Positions 1-8,596 of a stretch of 27,998 bases of DNA are shown in pieces. The position numbers and the translations under genes were made by a program. The notes under the pieces were generated by a model. That model worked only from the letters and a program-made list of their open reading frames with translations, had not been told where the DNA came from and did not search any database. How positions within the stretch are numbered: the stretch's first letter is position 1; the number at the start of each line of letters is the position of its first letter. Origin of the DNA: a virus (lineage: Duplodnaviria; Heunggongvirae; Uroviricota; Caudoviricetes); IMG/VR virus record IMGVR_UViG_640753024_000003, positions 1-27,998 of that record. The stretch is one strand, 5' to 3'.

Positions 1-1284
1 TTACTTCTTCGCCTCTGCAACCACTTTACTACCCACGCCGCGGTTATTGTATTCCCACATGCGGTTGTAGTTAGTGTCATTCAGATTGCGCTGTATTTCG
101 TCGTTATCATCTACGCTGCCGGTATTACCCGCAAACGGACGATTAGAGATCACCGCATCGGCCCACGGTTTAGCCGTGTTAAAACCTTCGTTGATGGCGC
201 TATCACGGATCACCACCTGACCGTTGGTATTGGCATCAACATCCAGCGAGCGGCCCAGTTGCGCCACACCATCACCGAAAGCATTGAAACGGCTGTTTAC
301 GGCGAGGAAACCGTAGTAAATGTTGGACAGCGTAGCCGGTGCAAACACATACGCTTCTTGCTGAGTACGTGAGTTCACCACGCGGAATTCGGTGTTATCG
401 AACACCACTGCGCCGCGACCAGAAACGATATCCACATCCCCTTCAATGTAGCTGTTGGTCACCAGCGTACGCGGCTGACGGTTGGTTTCCAGACGGTTCT
501 GCACACCGCTGTTGGTGACAAAGAAGGTGTTCTGACGACCGAGAATGTTAACGTTGTTAATCTGTACCTGGTCACCATCAGTACGCAGTGCCACCGCCGG
601 ATGGTTACCTGCATCTACGCTATCGCCCAGCGTGTTTTCGATGGTCAGATTTTGCAGTTGCAGGCCATTGTTTTGTGACCAGAAGACCGCAGAGCAGAGA
701 ACACCGATACTGTCGCTGCGTTTGCTCTGGCAGCTATCGTACATATACCACGCTGGTTTACCTGGCATATATTTGCCGCGCGGGTTGACGTCGTGACGCC
801 AGTCGGCAGGGCTCATGCCACCATCAAGGGAAAGCCCAATCTTCACATCAATCGGTTTTTCACCTGTACCGTACAGAGTAATTCCACCCGGAGCGGCAGG
901 GACATATACCGTTCCCTGATACTCACCAGGCATCACGGCAATATACTGGCGCTTGTTGGTACGCTTGATAATTGCCGCATCTACCGCCGCCTGAATCGTG
1001 GTATGCGTTACACCTTGAGTGCCCGCCGGGCCGACAACAAAGTCAGGTTGCGCAGGCAGGGTAATCGGGGAAGGATTCCACGCTGCAGCACCTGGTGTCA
1101 GGGATGCAAAATAGTGTTGAGCATCGAAATTCTGCGCTTCTTTTGCCGACAGAATCGGGCGAGAAGAGGTACCAGGCGCGGTTTGATCAGAAGGACGTTG
1201 ATCGGGCGGGGTTGAGCTACAGGCGGTCAGCGTCACGCCAAAAGCCAATGCCAGCGCCAGACGGGAAACTGAAAATGTGTTCAC
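1..1284 (-). CDS. ybhC: YbhC-type outer-membrane lipoprotein (pectinesterase-like), host gene on the gal side of attB-lambda
   Basis: Full-length 427-aa ORF; N-terminal signal peptide with lipobox (LTAC); recognised as YbhC from the translation; lies immediately outside the att core. Confidence 0.85.
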   Translation of the reverse strand: MNTFSVSRLALALAFGVTLTACSSTPPDQRPSDQTAPGTSSRPILSAKEAQNFDAQHYFASLTPGAAAWNPSPITLPAQPDFVVGPAGTQGVTHTTIQAAVDAAIIKRTNKRQYIAVMPGEYQGTVYVPAAPGGITLYGTGEKPIDVKIGLSLDGGMSPADWRHDVNPRGKYMPGKPAWYMYDSCQSKRSDSIGVLCSAVFWSQNNGLQLQNLTIENTLGDSVDAGNHPAVALRTDGDQVQINNVNILGRQNTFFVTNSGVQNRLETNRQPRTLVTNSYIEGDVDIVSGRGAVVFDNTEFRVVNSRTQQEAYVFAPATLSNIYYGFLAVNSRFNAFGDGVAQLGRSLDVDANTNGQVVIRDSAINEGFNTAKPWADAVISNRPFAGNTGSVDDNDEIQRNLNDTNYNRMWEYNNRGVGSKVVAEAKK

Positions 1285-1330
1285 AGGTTGCTCCGGGCTA
1301 TGAAATAGAAAAATGAATCCGTTGAAGCCT

Positions 1331-1345
1331 GCTTTTTTATACTAA
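1331..1345. other. attL common core of lambda-type site-specific recombination (host arm to the left, phage P' arm 1346-1418 to the right)
   Basis: Exact 15-bp lambda att core GCTTTTTTATACTAA; right flank gttggcattataaaaaagcattgcttatcaatttgttgcaacgaacaggtcactatcagtcaaaataaaatcattatttg matches the lambda P' arm leading into int. Confidence 0.85.
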
Positions 1346-1418
1346 GTTGGCATTATAAAAAAGCATTGCTTATCAATTTGTTGCAACGAACAGGTCACTA
1401 TCAGTCAAAATAAAATCA

Positions 1419-2489
1419 TTATTTGATTTCAATTTTGTCCCACTCCCTGCCTCTGTCATCACGATACTGTGATGCCATGGTGTCCGACTTATGCCCGAGA
1501 AGATGTTGAGCAAACTTATCGCTTATCTGCTTCTCATAGAGTCTTGCAGACAAACTGCGCAACTCGTGAAAGGTAGGCGGATCCCCTTCGAAGGAAAGAC
1601 CTGATGCTTTTCGTGCGCGCATAAAATACCTTGATACTGTGCCGGATGAAAGCGGTTCGCGACGAGTAGATGCAATTATGGTTTCTCCGCCAAGAATCTC
1701 TTTGCATTTATCAAGTGTTTCCTTCATTGATATTCCGAGAGCATCAACATGCAATGCTGTTGGGATGGCAATTTTTACGCCTGTTTTGCTTTGCTCGACA
1801 TAAAGATATCCATCTACGATATCAGACCACTTCATTTCGCATAAATCACCAACTCGTTGCCCGGTAACAACAGCCAGTTCCATTGCAAGTCTGAGCCAAC
1901 ATGGTGATGATTCTGCTGCTTGATAAATTTTCAGGTATTCGTCAGCCGTAAGTCTTGATCTCCTTACCTCTGATTTTGCTGCGCGAGTGGCAGCGACAGG
2001 GTTTGTTGTTATATGGCCTTCAGCTATTGCCTCTCGGAATGCATCGCTCAGTGTTGATCTGATTAACTTGGCTGACGCCGCCTTGCCCTCGTCTATGTAT
2101 CCATTGAGCATTGCCGCAATTTCTTTTGTGGTGATGTCTTCAAGTGGAGCATCAGGCAGACCCCTCCTTATTGCTTTAATTTTGCTCATGTAATTTATGA
2201 GTGTCTTCTGCTTGATTCCTCTGCTGGCCAGGATTTTTTCGTAGCGATCAAGCCATGAATGTAACGTAACGGAATTATCACTGTTGATTCTCGCTGTCAG
2301 AGGCTTGTGTTTGTGTCCTGAAAATAACTCAATGTTGGTCTGTATGGCTTCAGTGATTGCGATTCGCCTGTCTCTGCCTAATCCAAACTCTTTACCCGTC
2401 CTTGGGTCCCTGTAGCAGTAATATCCATTGTTTCTTATATAAAGGTTAGGGGGTAAATCCCGGCGCTCATGACTTCGCCTTCTTCCCAT
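1419..2489 (-). CDS. int: Lambda-type tyrosine integrase Int
   Basis: 356-aa ORF starting MGRRRSHERRDLPPNLYIRNNGYYCYRDPRTGKEFGLG, recognised as lambda Int; adjacent to attL P' arm. Confidence 0.95.
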   Translation of the reverse strand: MGRRRSHERRDLPPNLYIRNNGYYCYRDPRTGKEFGLGRDRRIAITEAIQTNIELFSGHKHKPLTARINSDNSVTLHSWLDRYEKILASRGIKQKTLINYMSKIKAIRRGLPDAPLEDITTKEIAAMLNGYIDEGKAASAKLIRSTLSDAFREAIAEGHITTNPVAATRAAKSEVRRSRLTADEYLKIYQAAESSPCWLRLAMELAVVTGQRVGDLCEMKWSDIVDGYLYVEQSKTGVKIAIPTALHVDALGISMKETLDKCKEILGGETIIASTRREPLSSGTVSRYFMRARKASGLSFEGDPPTFHELRSLSARLYEKQISDKFAQHLLGHKSDTMASQYRDDRGREWDKIEIK

Positions 2490-2685
2490 TTCTGATCCTC
2501 TTCAAAAGGCTACCTGTTACTGGTCGATTTAAGTCAACCTTTACCGCTGATTCGTGGAACAGATACTCTCTTCCATCCTTAACCGGAGGAGGGAATATCC
2601 TGCACTCGCGTACCCATCGACGAACTGTTTCAAGGCTTCTTGGGCGTCGCTGGCGTGCGTTCCACTCCTGAAGTGTCAAGTACAT
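2467..2685 (-). CDS. xis: Excisionase Xis
   Basis: 72-aa ORF MYLTLQEWNARQRRPRSLETVRRWVRECRIFPPPVKDGREYLF, recognised as lambda Xis; 3' end overlaps int start as in lambda. Confidence 0.95.
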   Translation of the reverse strand: MYLTLQEWNARQRRPRSLETVRRWVRECRIFPPPVKDGREYLFHESAVKVDLNRPVTGSLLKRIRNGKKAKS

Positions 2686-2710
2686 CGCAAAGTCTCCGCA
2701 ATTACACGCA

Positions 2711-2732
2711 AGAAAAAACCGCCATCAGGCGG
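2711..2732 (-). terminator. Candidate intrinsic terminator (minus strand) at the end of the orf55-like gene
   Basis: GC stem ccgcc(2719-2723)/ggcgg(2728-2732) with loop atca; on the minus strand the stem is followed by a T6 run (plus-strand A-run 2713-2718). Confidence 0.4.
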
Positions 2733-2892
2733 CTTGGTGTTCTTTCAGTTCTTCAATTCGAATATTGGTTACGTCTGCATGTGCTATCTGCGCCCACAGC
2801 ATCCAGTGGTCATAGCAGTCGCTGATGTTCTCGGCTTCGATAACTCTGTTGAATGGTTCTCCATTCCATTCACCTGTGACTCGGAAGTGCAT
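2725..2892 (-). CDS. Small hypothetical protein in the position of lambda orf55
   Basis: 55-codon ORF (MHFRVTGEWNGEPFNRVIEAENISDCYDHWMLWAQIAHADVTNIRIEELKEHQAA) hand-translated from the minus strand, 39 nt upstream of xis; below the 60-aa cutoff of the ORF track. Confidence 0.55.
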   Translation of the reverse strand: MHFRVTGEWNGEPFNRVIEAENISDCYDHWMLWAQIAHADVTNIRIEELKEHQAA

Positions 2893-3134
2893 TTATCATC
2901 TCCATAAAACAAAACCCGCCGTAGCGAGTTCAGATAAAAGAAATCCTCGTCAGTGCGAGGATGCTGTTCATTGCTGCTATACACTTTTTTGCTCTCAACG
3001 TAAGCGGTAGCCCATTCTGTTGGGTTGGTGCAGTTGCTTTTAGGAAATGCTATTTACCCCTTAAATTTCGGCTGAAAGAGCTAAAATCCATGCAAAAAAT
3101 TTACGCAATTTTGTGTATTATTGTGCAGTAAGTA

Positions 3135-3737
3135 ATGAGCTATTTTCTGCGCAAAAAATGGATGGTAAATTTGTCCGGGTCAGGAAAAATTTTATGGGCG
3201 CTAAACATGAAAAAAGATTCGTATCCTTATTTGATTTGCATGACAGTTTCAGGGCTGATCTTTATTTTCCTTTTCTTCTGGTGGCGGGCAGATATCTACA
3301 GGGTCACGTTTCTTAATCAGAGTATATCCCACTATTACATTCTGTTTAGCATGGGAATAGCTTTTCTGTTATCTCTGTTTTGGGTTAAGAAGGGGATAGT
3401 AAAACAAAGAGGCTGGAAGAGTCTGTCAGCATACCTTAAGGTTTATGCAGGGATGTGCATATTTGCTGGATTTTTTCTGATTATACCCCTTACGACACTA
3501 ACTTATTTTTTGCCTGGAGAGACATCGTCTTATGTTGCACCGTATCGGTATACTTCCGGTAGTTCAAAAAGTTGTTCTGGAGCTGAGGTGGATGACCCCG
3601 AACTACATGAGAATATTCGCATTTGCTATCCGTATGGCAATTATGAGTACGATAATATTATCTATGTTGAAAAGAAAATTAATATATTAGGTGCGGTAGT
3701 GACATATGCACAGACCGCGCGTGATGATACTGAATGA
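3135..3737 (+). CDS. Hypothetical integral membrane protein (about 3 predicted TM helices plus ~70-aa C-terminal soluble tail); AT-rich moron
   Basis: 200-aa ORF, alternative starts at 3162 and 3207; hydrophobic stretches LICMTVSGLIFIFLFFWW, YYILFSMGIAFLLSLFWV, VYAGMCIFAGFFLIIPLTTLTYFL; markedly AT-rich; opposite orientation to flanking lambda-type genes. Confidence 0.5.
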   Translation: MSYFLRKKWMVNLSGSGKILWALNMKKDSYPYLICMTVSGLIFIFLFFWWRADIYRVTFLNQSISHYYILFSMGIAFLLSLFWVKKGIVKQRGWKSLSAYLKVYAGMCIFAGFFLIIPLTTLTYFLPGETSSYVAPYRYTSGSSKSCSGAEVDDPELHENIRICYPYGNYEYDNIIYVEKKINILGAVVTYAQTARDDTE

Positions 3738-3772
3738 TATAGTATATAGCGGGCAAGTTTTAGTTAATTTAT

Positions 3773-3794
3773 CGAGGTAATATAATTTACCTCG
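3773..3794 (+). terminator. Hairpin downstream of the membrane-protein ORF (possible terminator)
   Basis: Perfect 8-bp inverted repeat cgaggtaa/ttacctcg with 6-nt loop, followed by a T-containing tract (actcgtttgttct). Confidence 0.35.
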
Positions 3795-3947
3795 ACTCGT
3801 TTGTTCTGGTATTAATATTTCGCTTTACGACCGATTTTTATCTGATGATATCATGCGGTTTTCATATACTGACTTACTGTCTTTTCTCCGTTAGCGATTT
3901 TCTCCTGCTCAGCGATGATTTTATCTTTGGCTTCTAGTTAATTTCGC

Positions 3948-4169
3948 TCACTTCGAACCTCTCTGTTTACTGATAAGCTCCAGATCCTCCTGGCAACTTG
4001 CACAAGTCCGACAACCCTGAACGACCAGGCGTCTTCGTTCATCTATCGGATCGCCACACTCACAACAATGAGTGGCAGATATAGCCTGGTGGTTCAGGCG
4101 GCGCATTTTTATTGCTGTGTTGCGCTGTAATTCTTCAATTTCTGATGCTGAATCAATGATGTCTGCCAT
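3948..4169 (-). CDS. TraR/DksA-family C4 zinc-finger protein (lambda orf73-like, exo-xis region)
   Basis: 73-aa ORF with CxxC-x17-CxxC zinc-finger motif (CCECGDPIDERRRLVVQGCRTCASC) typical of the TraR/DksA family. Confidence 0.75.
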   Translation of the reverse strand: MADIIDSASEIEELQRNTAIKMRRLNHQAISATHCCECGDPIDERRRLVVQGCRTCASCQEDLELISKQRGSK

Positions 4170-4267
4170 CTTCCATTAATCCCTGAATTGTTGGTTAATA
4201 CGCTTGAGGGTGAATGCGAATAATAAAAAAGGAGCCTGTAGCTCCCTGATGATTTTGCTTTTCATGT

Positions 4268-4579
4268 TCATCGTTCCTTAAAGACGCCGTTTAACATGCC
4301 GATTGCCAGGCTTAAATGAGTCGGTGTGAATCCCATCAGCGTTACCGTTTCGCGGTGCTTCTTCAGTACGCTACGGCAAATGTCATCGACGTTTTTATCC
4401 GGAAACTGCTGTCTGGCTTTTTTGATTTCAGAATTAGCCTGACGGGCAATGCTGCGAAGGGCGTTTTCCTGCTGAGGTGTCATTGAACAAGTCCCATGTC
4501 GGCAAGCATAAGCACACAGAATATGAAGCCCGCTGCCAGAAAAATGCATTCCGTGGTTGTCATACCTGGTCTCTCTCAT
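4268..4579 (-). CDS. Exo-xis region protein in the position of lambda orf61 (here a 103-codon open frame)
   Basis: ORF overlapping the 3' end of the orf63-like gene by 20 nt as in lambda; internal Met at codon 33 (MTPQQENALRSIARQ...) is an alternative start. Confidence 0.55.
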   Translation of the reverse strand: MRETRYDNHGMHFSGSGLHILCAYACRHGTCSMTPQQENALRSIARQANSEIKKARQQFPDKNVDDICRSVLKKHRETVTLMGFTPTHLSLAIGMLNGVFKER

Positions 4580-4751
4580 CTGCTTCTGCTTTCGCCACCA
4601 TCATTTCCAGCTTTTGTGAAAGGGATGCGGCTAACGTATGAAATTCTTCGTCTGTTTCTACTGGTATTGGCACAAACCTGACTCCAATTTGAGCGAGGCT
4701 ATGTGCCATCTCGATACTCGTTCTTAACTCAACGGGAGATGCTTTGTGCAT
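4560..4751 (-). CDS. Exo-xis region protein (lambda orf63-like)
   Basis: 63-aa ORF in the canonical position between orf60a-like and orf61-like genes. Confidence 0.65.
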   Translation of the reverse strand: MHKASPVELRTSIEMAHSLAQIGVRFVPIPVETDEEFHTLAASLSQKLEMMVAKAEADERDQV

Positions 4752-4912
4752 ACAGCTCCCCGTTTATTATTTATCTCCTCAGCCAGCCGCTGTGCTTTCA
4801 GGGGATTTCGGATAACAGAAAGGCCGGGAAATACCCAGCCTCGCTTCGTAACGGAGTAGACGAAAGTGATCGTGCCTACCCGGATATTATCGTGAGGATG
4901 CTTCATCGCCAT
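4724..4912 (-). CDS. Exo-xis region protein (lambda orf60a-like)
   Basis: 62-aa ORF immediately downstream of exo on the minus strand, overlapping exo start by 10 nt. Confidence 0.65.
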   Translation of the reverse strand: MAMKHPHDNIRVGTITFVYSVTKRGWVFPGLSVIRNPLKAQRLAEEINNKRGAVCTKHLPLS

Positions 4913-5583
4913 TGCTCCCCAAATACAAAACCAATTTCAGCCAGTGCCACGTCCATTTTTTCGATGAACTCCGGCACCATCTCGTCAAAATTCGCCATGT
5001 ACTTTTCATTCCGCTCAATCACGACATAATGCAGGCCTTCACGCTTCATACGCGGGTCATAGTTGGCAAAGTACCAGGCATCTTTTCGCGTCACCCACAT
5101 GCTGTACTGCACCTGGGCCATGTAAGCCGATTTTATGGCCTCGAAACCACCGAGCCGGAACTTCATGAAATCCCGGGAGGTAAACGGGCATTTCAGTTCA
5201 AGGCCGTTGCCGTCACTGCATAAACCATCGGGAGAGCAGGCGGTGCGCATACTTTCGTCGCGATAGATGATCGGGGATTCAGTAACATTCACGCCGGAAG
5301 TGAATTCAAACAGGGTTCTGGCGTCGTTCTCGTACTGTTTTCCCCAGGCCAGCGCCTTAGCATTAACTTCCGGAGCCACACCGGTGCAAACCTCAGCCAG
5401 CAGGGTGTGGAAGTAGGACATTTTCATGTCAGGCCACTTCTTTCCTGAGCGGGGCTTTGCTATCACGTTGTGAACTTCTGAAGCGGTGATGACGCCGAGC
5501 CGTAATTTGTGCCATGCATCATCCCCCTGTTCGACAGCTCTCACGTCGATCCCGGTACGCTGCAGGATAATGTCCGGTGTCAT
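4903..5583 (-). CDS. exo: Lambda exonuclease (Red alpha)
   Basis: 226-aa [43 protein letters not shown]..., recognised as lambda Exo; ATGA overlap with bet stop. Confidence 0.95.
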   Translation of the reverse strand: MTPDIILQRTGIDVRAVEQGDDAWHKLRLGVITASEVHNVIAKPRSGKKWPDMKMSYFHTLLAEVCTGVAPEVNAKALAWGKQYENDARTLFEFTSGVNVTESPIIYRDESMRTACSPDGLCSDGNGLELKCPFTSRDFMKFRLGGFEAIKSAYMAQVQYSMWVTRKDAWYFANYDPRMKREGLHYVVIERNEKYMANFDEMVPEFIEKMDVALAEIGFVFGEQWR

Positions 5584-6365
5584 GCTGCCACCTTCTGCTC
5601 AGTGGCTTTCTGTTTCAGGAATCCAAGAGCTTTCACTGCTTCGGCCTGTGTCAGTTCTGACGATGCGCGAATGTCGCGGCGAAATATCTGGGAACAGAGC
5701 GGCAATAAGTCGTCATCCCATGTTTTATCCAGGGCGATCAGCAGAGTGTTAATCTCCTGCATGGTTTCATCGTTAACCGGAGTGATGTCGCGTTCTGGCT
5801 GACGTTCTGCAGTGTATGCGGTATTTTCGACAATGCGCTCGGCTTCATCCTTGTCATAGATACCAGCAAATCCGAAGGCCAGACGGGCACACTGAATCAT
5901 GGCTTTATGCCGTAACATCCGTTTGGGATGCGACTGCCACGGCCCCGTGATTTCTCTGCCTTCGCGAGTTTTGAATGGTTCGCGGCGGCATTCATCCATC
6001 CATTCGGTAACGCAGATCGGATGATTACGGTCCTTGCGGTAAATCCGGCATGTACAGGATTCATTGTCCTGCTCAAAGTCCATGCCATCAAACTGCTGGT
6101 TTTCATTGATGATGCGGGACCAGCCATCAACGCCCACCACCGGAACGATGCCGTTCTGCTTATCAGGGAAGGCGTAAATTTCTTTCGTCCACGGATTAAG
6201 GCCGTACTGGTTGGCGACGATCAACAATGCGATGAACTGCGCATCGCTGGCATCACCTTTAAATGCCGTCTGGCGAAGAGTGGTGATCAGTTCCTGTGGG
6301 TCGACAGAATCCATGCCGACACGTTCAGCCAGCTTCCCTGCCAGCGTTGCGAGTGCTGTACTCAT
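5580..6365 (-). CDS. bet: Single-strand annealing protein Beta (Red beta)
   Basis: 261-aa [43 protein letters not shown]..., recognised as lambda Bet. Confidence 0.95.
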   Translation of the reverse strand: MSTALATLAGKLAERVGMDSVDPQELITTLRQTAFKGDASDAQFIALLIVANQYGLNPWTKEIYAFPDKQNGIVPVVGVDGWSRIINENQQFDGMDFEQDNESCTCRIYRKDRNHPICVTEWMDECRREPFKTREGREITGPWQSHPKRMLRHKAMIQCARLAFGFAGIYDKDEAERIVENTAYTAERQPERDITPVNDETMQEINTLLIALDKTWDDDLLPLCSQIFRRDIRASSELTQAEAVKALGFLKQKATEQKVAA

Positions 6366-6370
6366 CCGTT

Positions 6371-6667
6371 TTATACCTCTGAATCAATATCAACCTGGTG
6401 GTGAGCAATGGTTTCAACCATGTACTGGATGTGTTCTGCCATGCGCTCCTGAAACTCAACATCGTCATCAAACGCACGGGTAATGGCTTTTTTGCTGGCC
6501 CCGTGGCGTTGCAAATGATCGATGCATAGCGATTCAAACAGGTGCTGGGGCAGGCCTTTTTCCATGTCGTCTGCCAGTTCTGCCTCTTTCTCTTCACGGG
6601 CGATCTGCTGGTAGTGACGCGCCCAACTCTGAGCCTCAAGACGATCCTGAATGTAATAAGCGTTCAT
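6371..6667 (-). CDS. gam: Gam, RecBCD inhibitor (98-aa short form)
   Basis: 98-aa [59 protein letters not shown]..., recognised as lambda GamS; no in-frame extension corresponding to the long isoform. Confidence 0.9.
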   Translation of the reverse strand: MNAYYIQDRLEAQSWARHYQQIAREEKEAELADDMEKGLPQHLFESLCIDHLQRHGASKKAITRAFDDDVEFQERMAEHIQYMVETIAHHQVDIDSEV

Positions 6668-6742
6668 GGCTGACCTCCTGAAAATGGCTGTGAAAATATC
6701 GCCCGCGAAATGCCAGGCTGATTAGGAAAACAGGAAAGGGGA

Positions 6743-7033
6743 TTAGTGATTCAGGCCGTTACCGCGTCCGTCGAGAAAAACTTCCACGAGCAAATCACGG
6801 GTATAAGTGCGCTCGATGCCGCGATGCAGATAAAGCCGTCCGCGTAAATTAGCTGATGCAGTCCAGGTACCATCTTTGTGTTTGACCAGCATTCCTGGCA
6901 TGACCGCACCTCGATTAACGGTCTGCGTTCCATAATGTTGATGAACCATAAAAACTCCTGCCCGTAAGCTGGGCTGCTGAACATATAGAGACTTCTGCGC
7001 GTATTCAGGCGGTGGATGGCCGCCGGTTGTCAT
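6743..7033 (-). CDS. Hypothetical protein in the kil/cIII position downstream of pL
   Basis: 96-codon ORF; internal Met at 6949 is preceded by GGAG with 6-nt spacing and may be the true start (68 aa); no recognisable motif; not an N-family sequence. Confidence 0.4.
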   Translation of the reverse strand: MTTGGHPPPEYAQKSLYVQQPSLRAGVFMVHQHYGTQTVNRGAVMPGMLVKHKDGTWTASANLRGRLYLHRGIERTYTRDLLVEVFLDGRGNGLNH

Positions 7034-7234
7034 AACTAAGCCGCCTCGTTGAAGCGACTAAGGTATGAAATGTTGAGTTAATTTCAGCTGGTCACACCGA
7101 CGTTCACGCGTCCGTTTCACCCCTCGCACTCCCCGAAGCCTGCTGAAATTCAAACTGCGGATCTAAGCGGTCATCGCAACGGTGAATCAGGTAGTTGCCG
7201 TATCGTTGTGTTGTTGCGATGAACTTATTTAAAA

Positions 7235-7300
7235 CTATAGTTGTTTTATCGTCAACAACAAAAGTTGTTTTATTGGTTGTTTTAGATATAACTGGTTGTA
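7235..7300 (-). promoter_or_regulatory. Putative OL operators and leftward promoter pL
   Basis: Minus-strand TTGACG-17 nt-TTAAAT promoter-like hexamers; 17-bp element aaaactatagttgtttt and palindrome aacaacaaaagttgtt built from the same AACAAC/GTTGTT half-sites found in OR. Confidence 0.5.
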
Positions 7301-7397
7301 TTTAGGATGGATTTATTTTGTGACTTGAATCGCATAGCGATAACTGAAGCGAGGTTATGGTGGTTTTTTTAACGGTGTGTGTGTGATGAGGGGAGGG

Positions 7398-7425
7398 CAA
7401 AAGAAAACCCGGCACGGTGACCGGG
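7398..7425 (-). terminator. Intrinsic terminator downstream of cI (minus strand)
   Basis: Stem cccgg/ccggg with 8-nt loop; on the minus strand followed by a T-rich tract (plus-strand aaagaaaa 7400-7407). Confidence 0.5.
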
Positions 7426-7546
7426 ATTCTTACGCCGTTAGGTAAAGATATTATTGCGGTGGCTTAATATTACTACCTAGAGCAAAGATAGGAATTAGTT
7501 CTTTACTGAATGAGCACAATGCCCAGTTGATAATTTTTAATTGGTA

Positions 7547-8236
7547 CTACCCATGCTTCCTATATGTCTGCGGCATGCTCCCAATAACCTTACCGAAGAT
7601 GAACACCCGGTTCATCTCGTCTTTCTCGATCGGGTCCCACGGTGAGTAGCTTTTGTTATCAGAGATGACCAGCAGCTTATCCTTCATCATTTGCAGGCGC
7701 TTTACATGGGCTGTGTCGTCGTACAGAAACGCATAGATACCATCACCGTCGAAAGATTTAACTGTGATATCAACGAACAGCAGATCACCTGGTTCGATCG
7801 TTCCTGACATGCTGTCACCACGCACGTTAATGATGCGGATATTTTCCGCCTTCCTACCATCGAACATGTGACGAGCATCGTCAAACGAGTACTCAACCGA
7901 GCGTAGAACTTCTACAAACTCACGGTTGATGACTCCCGGCCCAGCACTGACTTCTATATCAAGAACGTCAATCTTGAAGTATTTGGAATGGCTGACAGTT
8001 GATTGTATTGGTTGCACTGTACTGTCTGACATATTTCCAACGCCAGAAGATAACCATTCTGCGCGCACACCCAATGCGTTCGCGATCTCCACGATTTTAG
8101 TTGTTTGATTAGCTTTCCCTGTTTCGATTTTCTGAATAGCAGCCTGGCTAACCCCGACCAAATCCCCAAGCGCCTTTTGTGTAAGGCCTCGCGCTAATCT
8201 GGCTTCTTTAAGTCTTTCTGAGAGTGTTGTTTTCAT
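7547..8236 (-). CDS. cI: CI-type prophage repressor (N-terminal HTH, C-terminal LexA/S24-like autocleavage domain)
   Basis: Start placed at MKTTLSERLKEARLARGLTQKALGDLVGVSQAAIQKIE (HTH); C-terminal RGDSMSGTIEPGDLLFVD is an S24 peptidase-type motif; divergent from cro across an operator region. Confidence 0.85.
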   Translation of the reverse strand: MKTTLSERLKEARLARGLTQKALGDLVGVSQAAIQKIETGKANQTTKIVEIANALGVRAEWLSSGVGNMSDSTVQPIQSTVSHSKYFKIDVLDIEVSAGPGVINREFVEVLRSVEYSFDDARHMFDGRKAENIRIINVRGDSMSGTIEPGDLLFVDITVKSFDGDGIYAFLYDDTAHVKRLQMMKDKLLVISDNKSYSPWDPIEKDEMNRVFIFGKVIGSMPQTYRKHG

Positions 8237-8269
8237 AGTCCAAATGTACAACCAAGGTTTTATCCCATC

Positions 8270-8325
8270 AAACGAAAATGGTTGTTGACTAAAAACAACC
8301 ATAGTTTTAATCTTGATTCAAATTA
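8270..8325. promoter_or_regulatory. Putative OR operators with pR and pRM
   Basis: Plus-strand TTGACT-17 nt-TAATCT upstream of cro; palindrome ggttgtt-N7-aacaacc and 17-bp element aaaacaaccatagtttt, which is the reverse complement of the OL element apart from one base. Confidence 0.55.
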
Positions 8326-8340
8326 ACCACGGAGGTTGTT

Positions 8341-8571
8341 ATGAACCCAGCTATCAAAACAGCGATCAATATCGTTGGTTCACAAAAGAAACTGGGCGCT
8401 GCTTGCGAAGTTTCACAGCAGGCCGTCTATAAGTGGCTTCACAACAAAGCAAAGGTATCCCCTGAACATGTCGGCAGCATTGTTACGGCTACTGGTGGAG
8501 TAGTGAAGGCATACCAGATTCGCCCGGATCTTCCGAAGTTGTTTCCACACACCGAAAAGAACGCAGCTTAA
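8341..8571 (+). CDS. cro: Cro-type HTH repressor
   Basis: 76-aa ORF with HTH (QKKLGAACEVSQQAVYKW), GGAGG ribosome-binding site, divergent from cI. Confidence 0.75.
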   Translation: MNPAIKTAINIVGSQKKLGAACEVSQQAVYKWLHNKAKVSPEHVGSIVTATGGVVKAYQIRPDLPKLFPHTEKNAA

Positions 8572-8583
8572 ATTTCCATTTCA

Positions 8584-8596
8584 CGCTCTTTAACAA
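8584..8596 (+). promoter_or_regulatory. boxA-like element (nutR position) between cro and cII-like gene
   Basis: CGCTCTTTAACAA matches the boxA consensus (GCTCTTTAACAA) known from rrn/lambdoid antitermination sites; no obvious boxB hairpin follows. Confidence 0.45.

Noticed and set aside
545-1316. Plus-strand ORFs of 66-140 aa
   Set aside because: Antisense to the full-length ybhC coding sequence; no independent support
4912-6483. Plus-strand ORFs inside exo, bet and gam
   Set aside because: Antisense to well-recognised Red genes; shadow ORFs
6668-6790. Long Gam isoform (138 aa)
   Set aside because: No in-frame upstream start is available; only the 98-aa form is encoded
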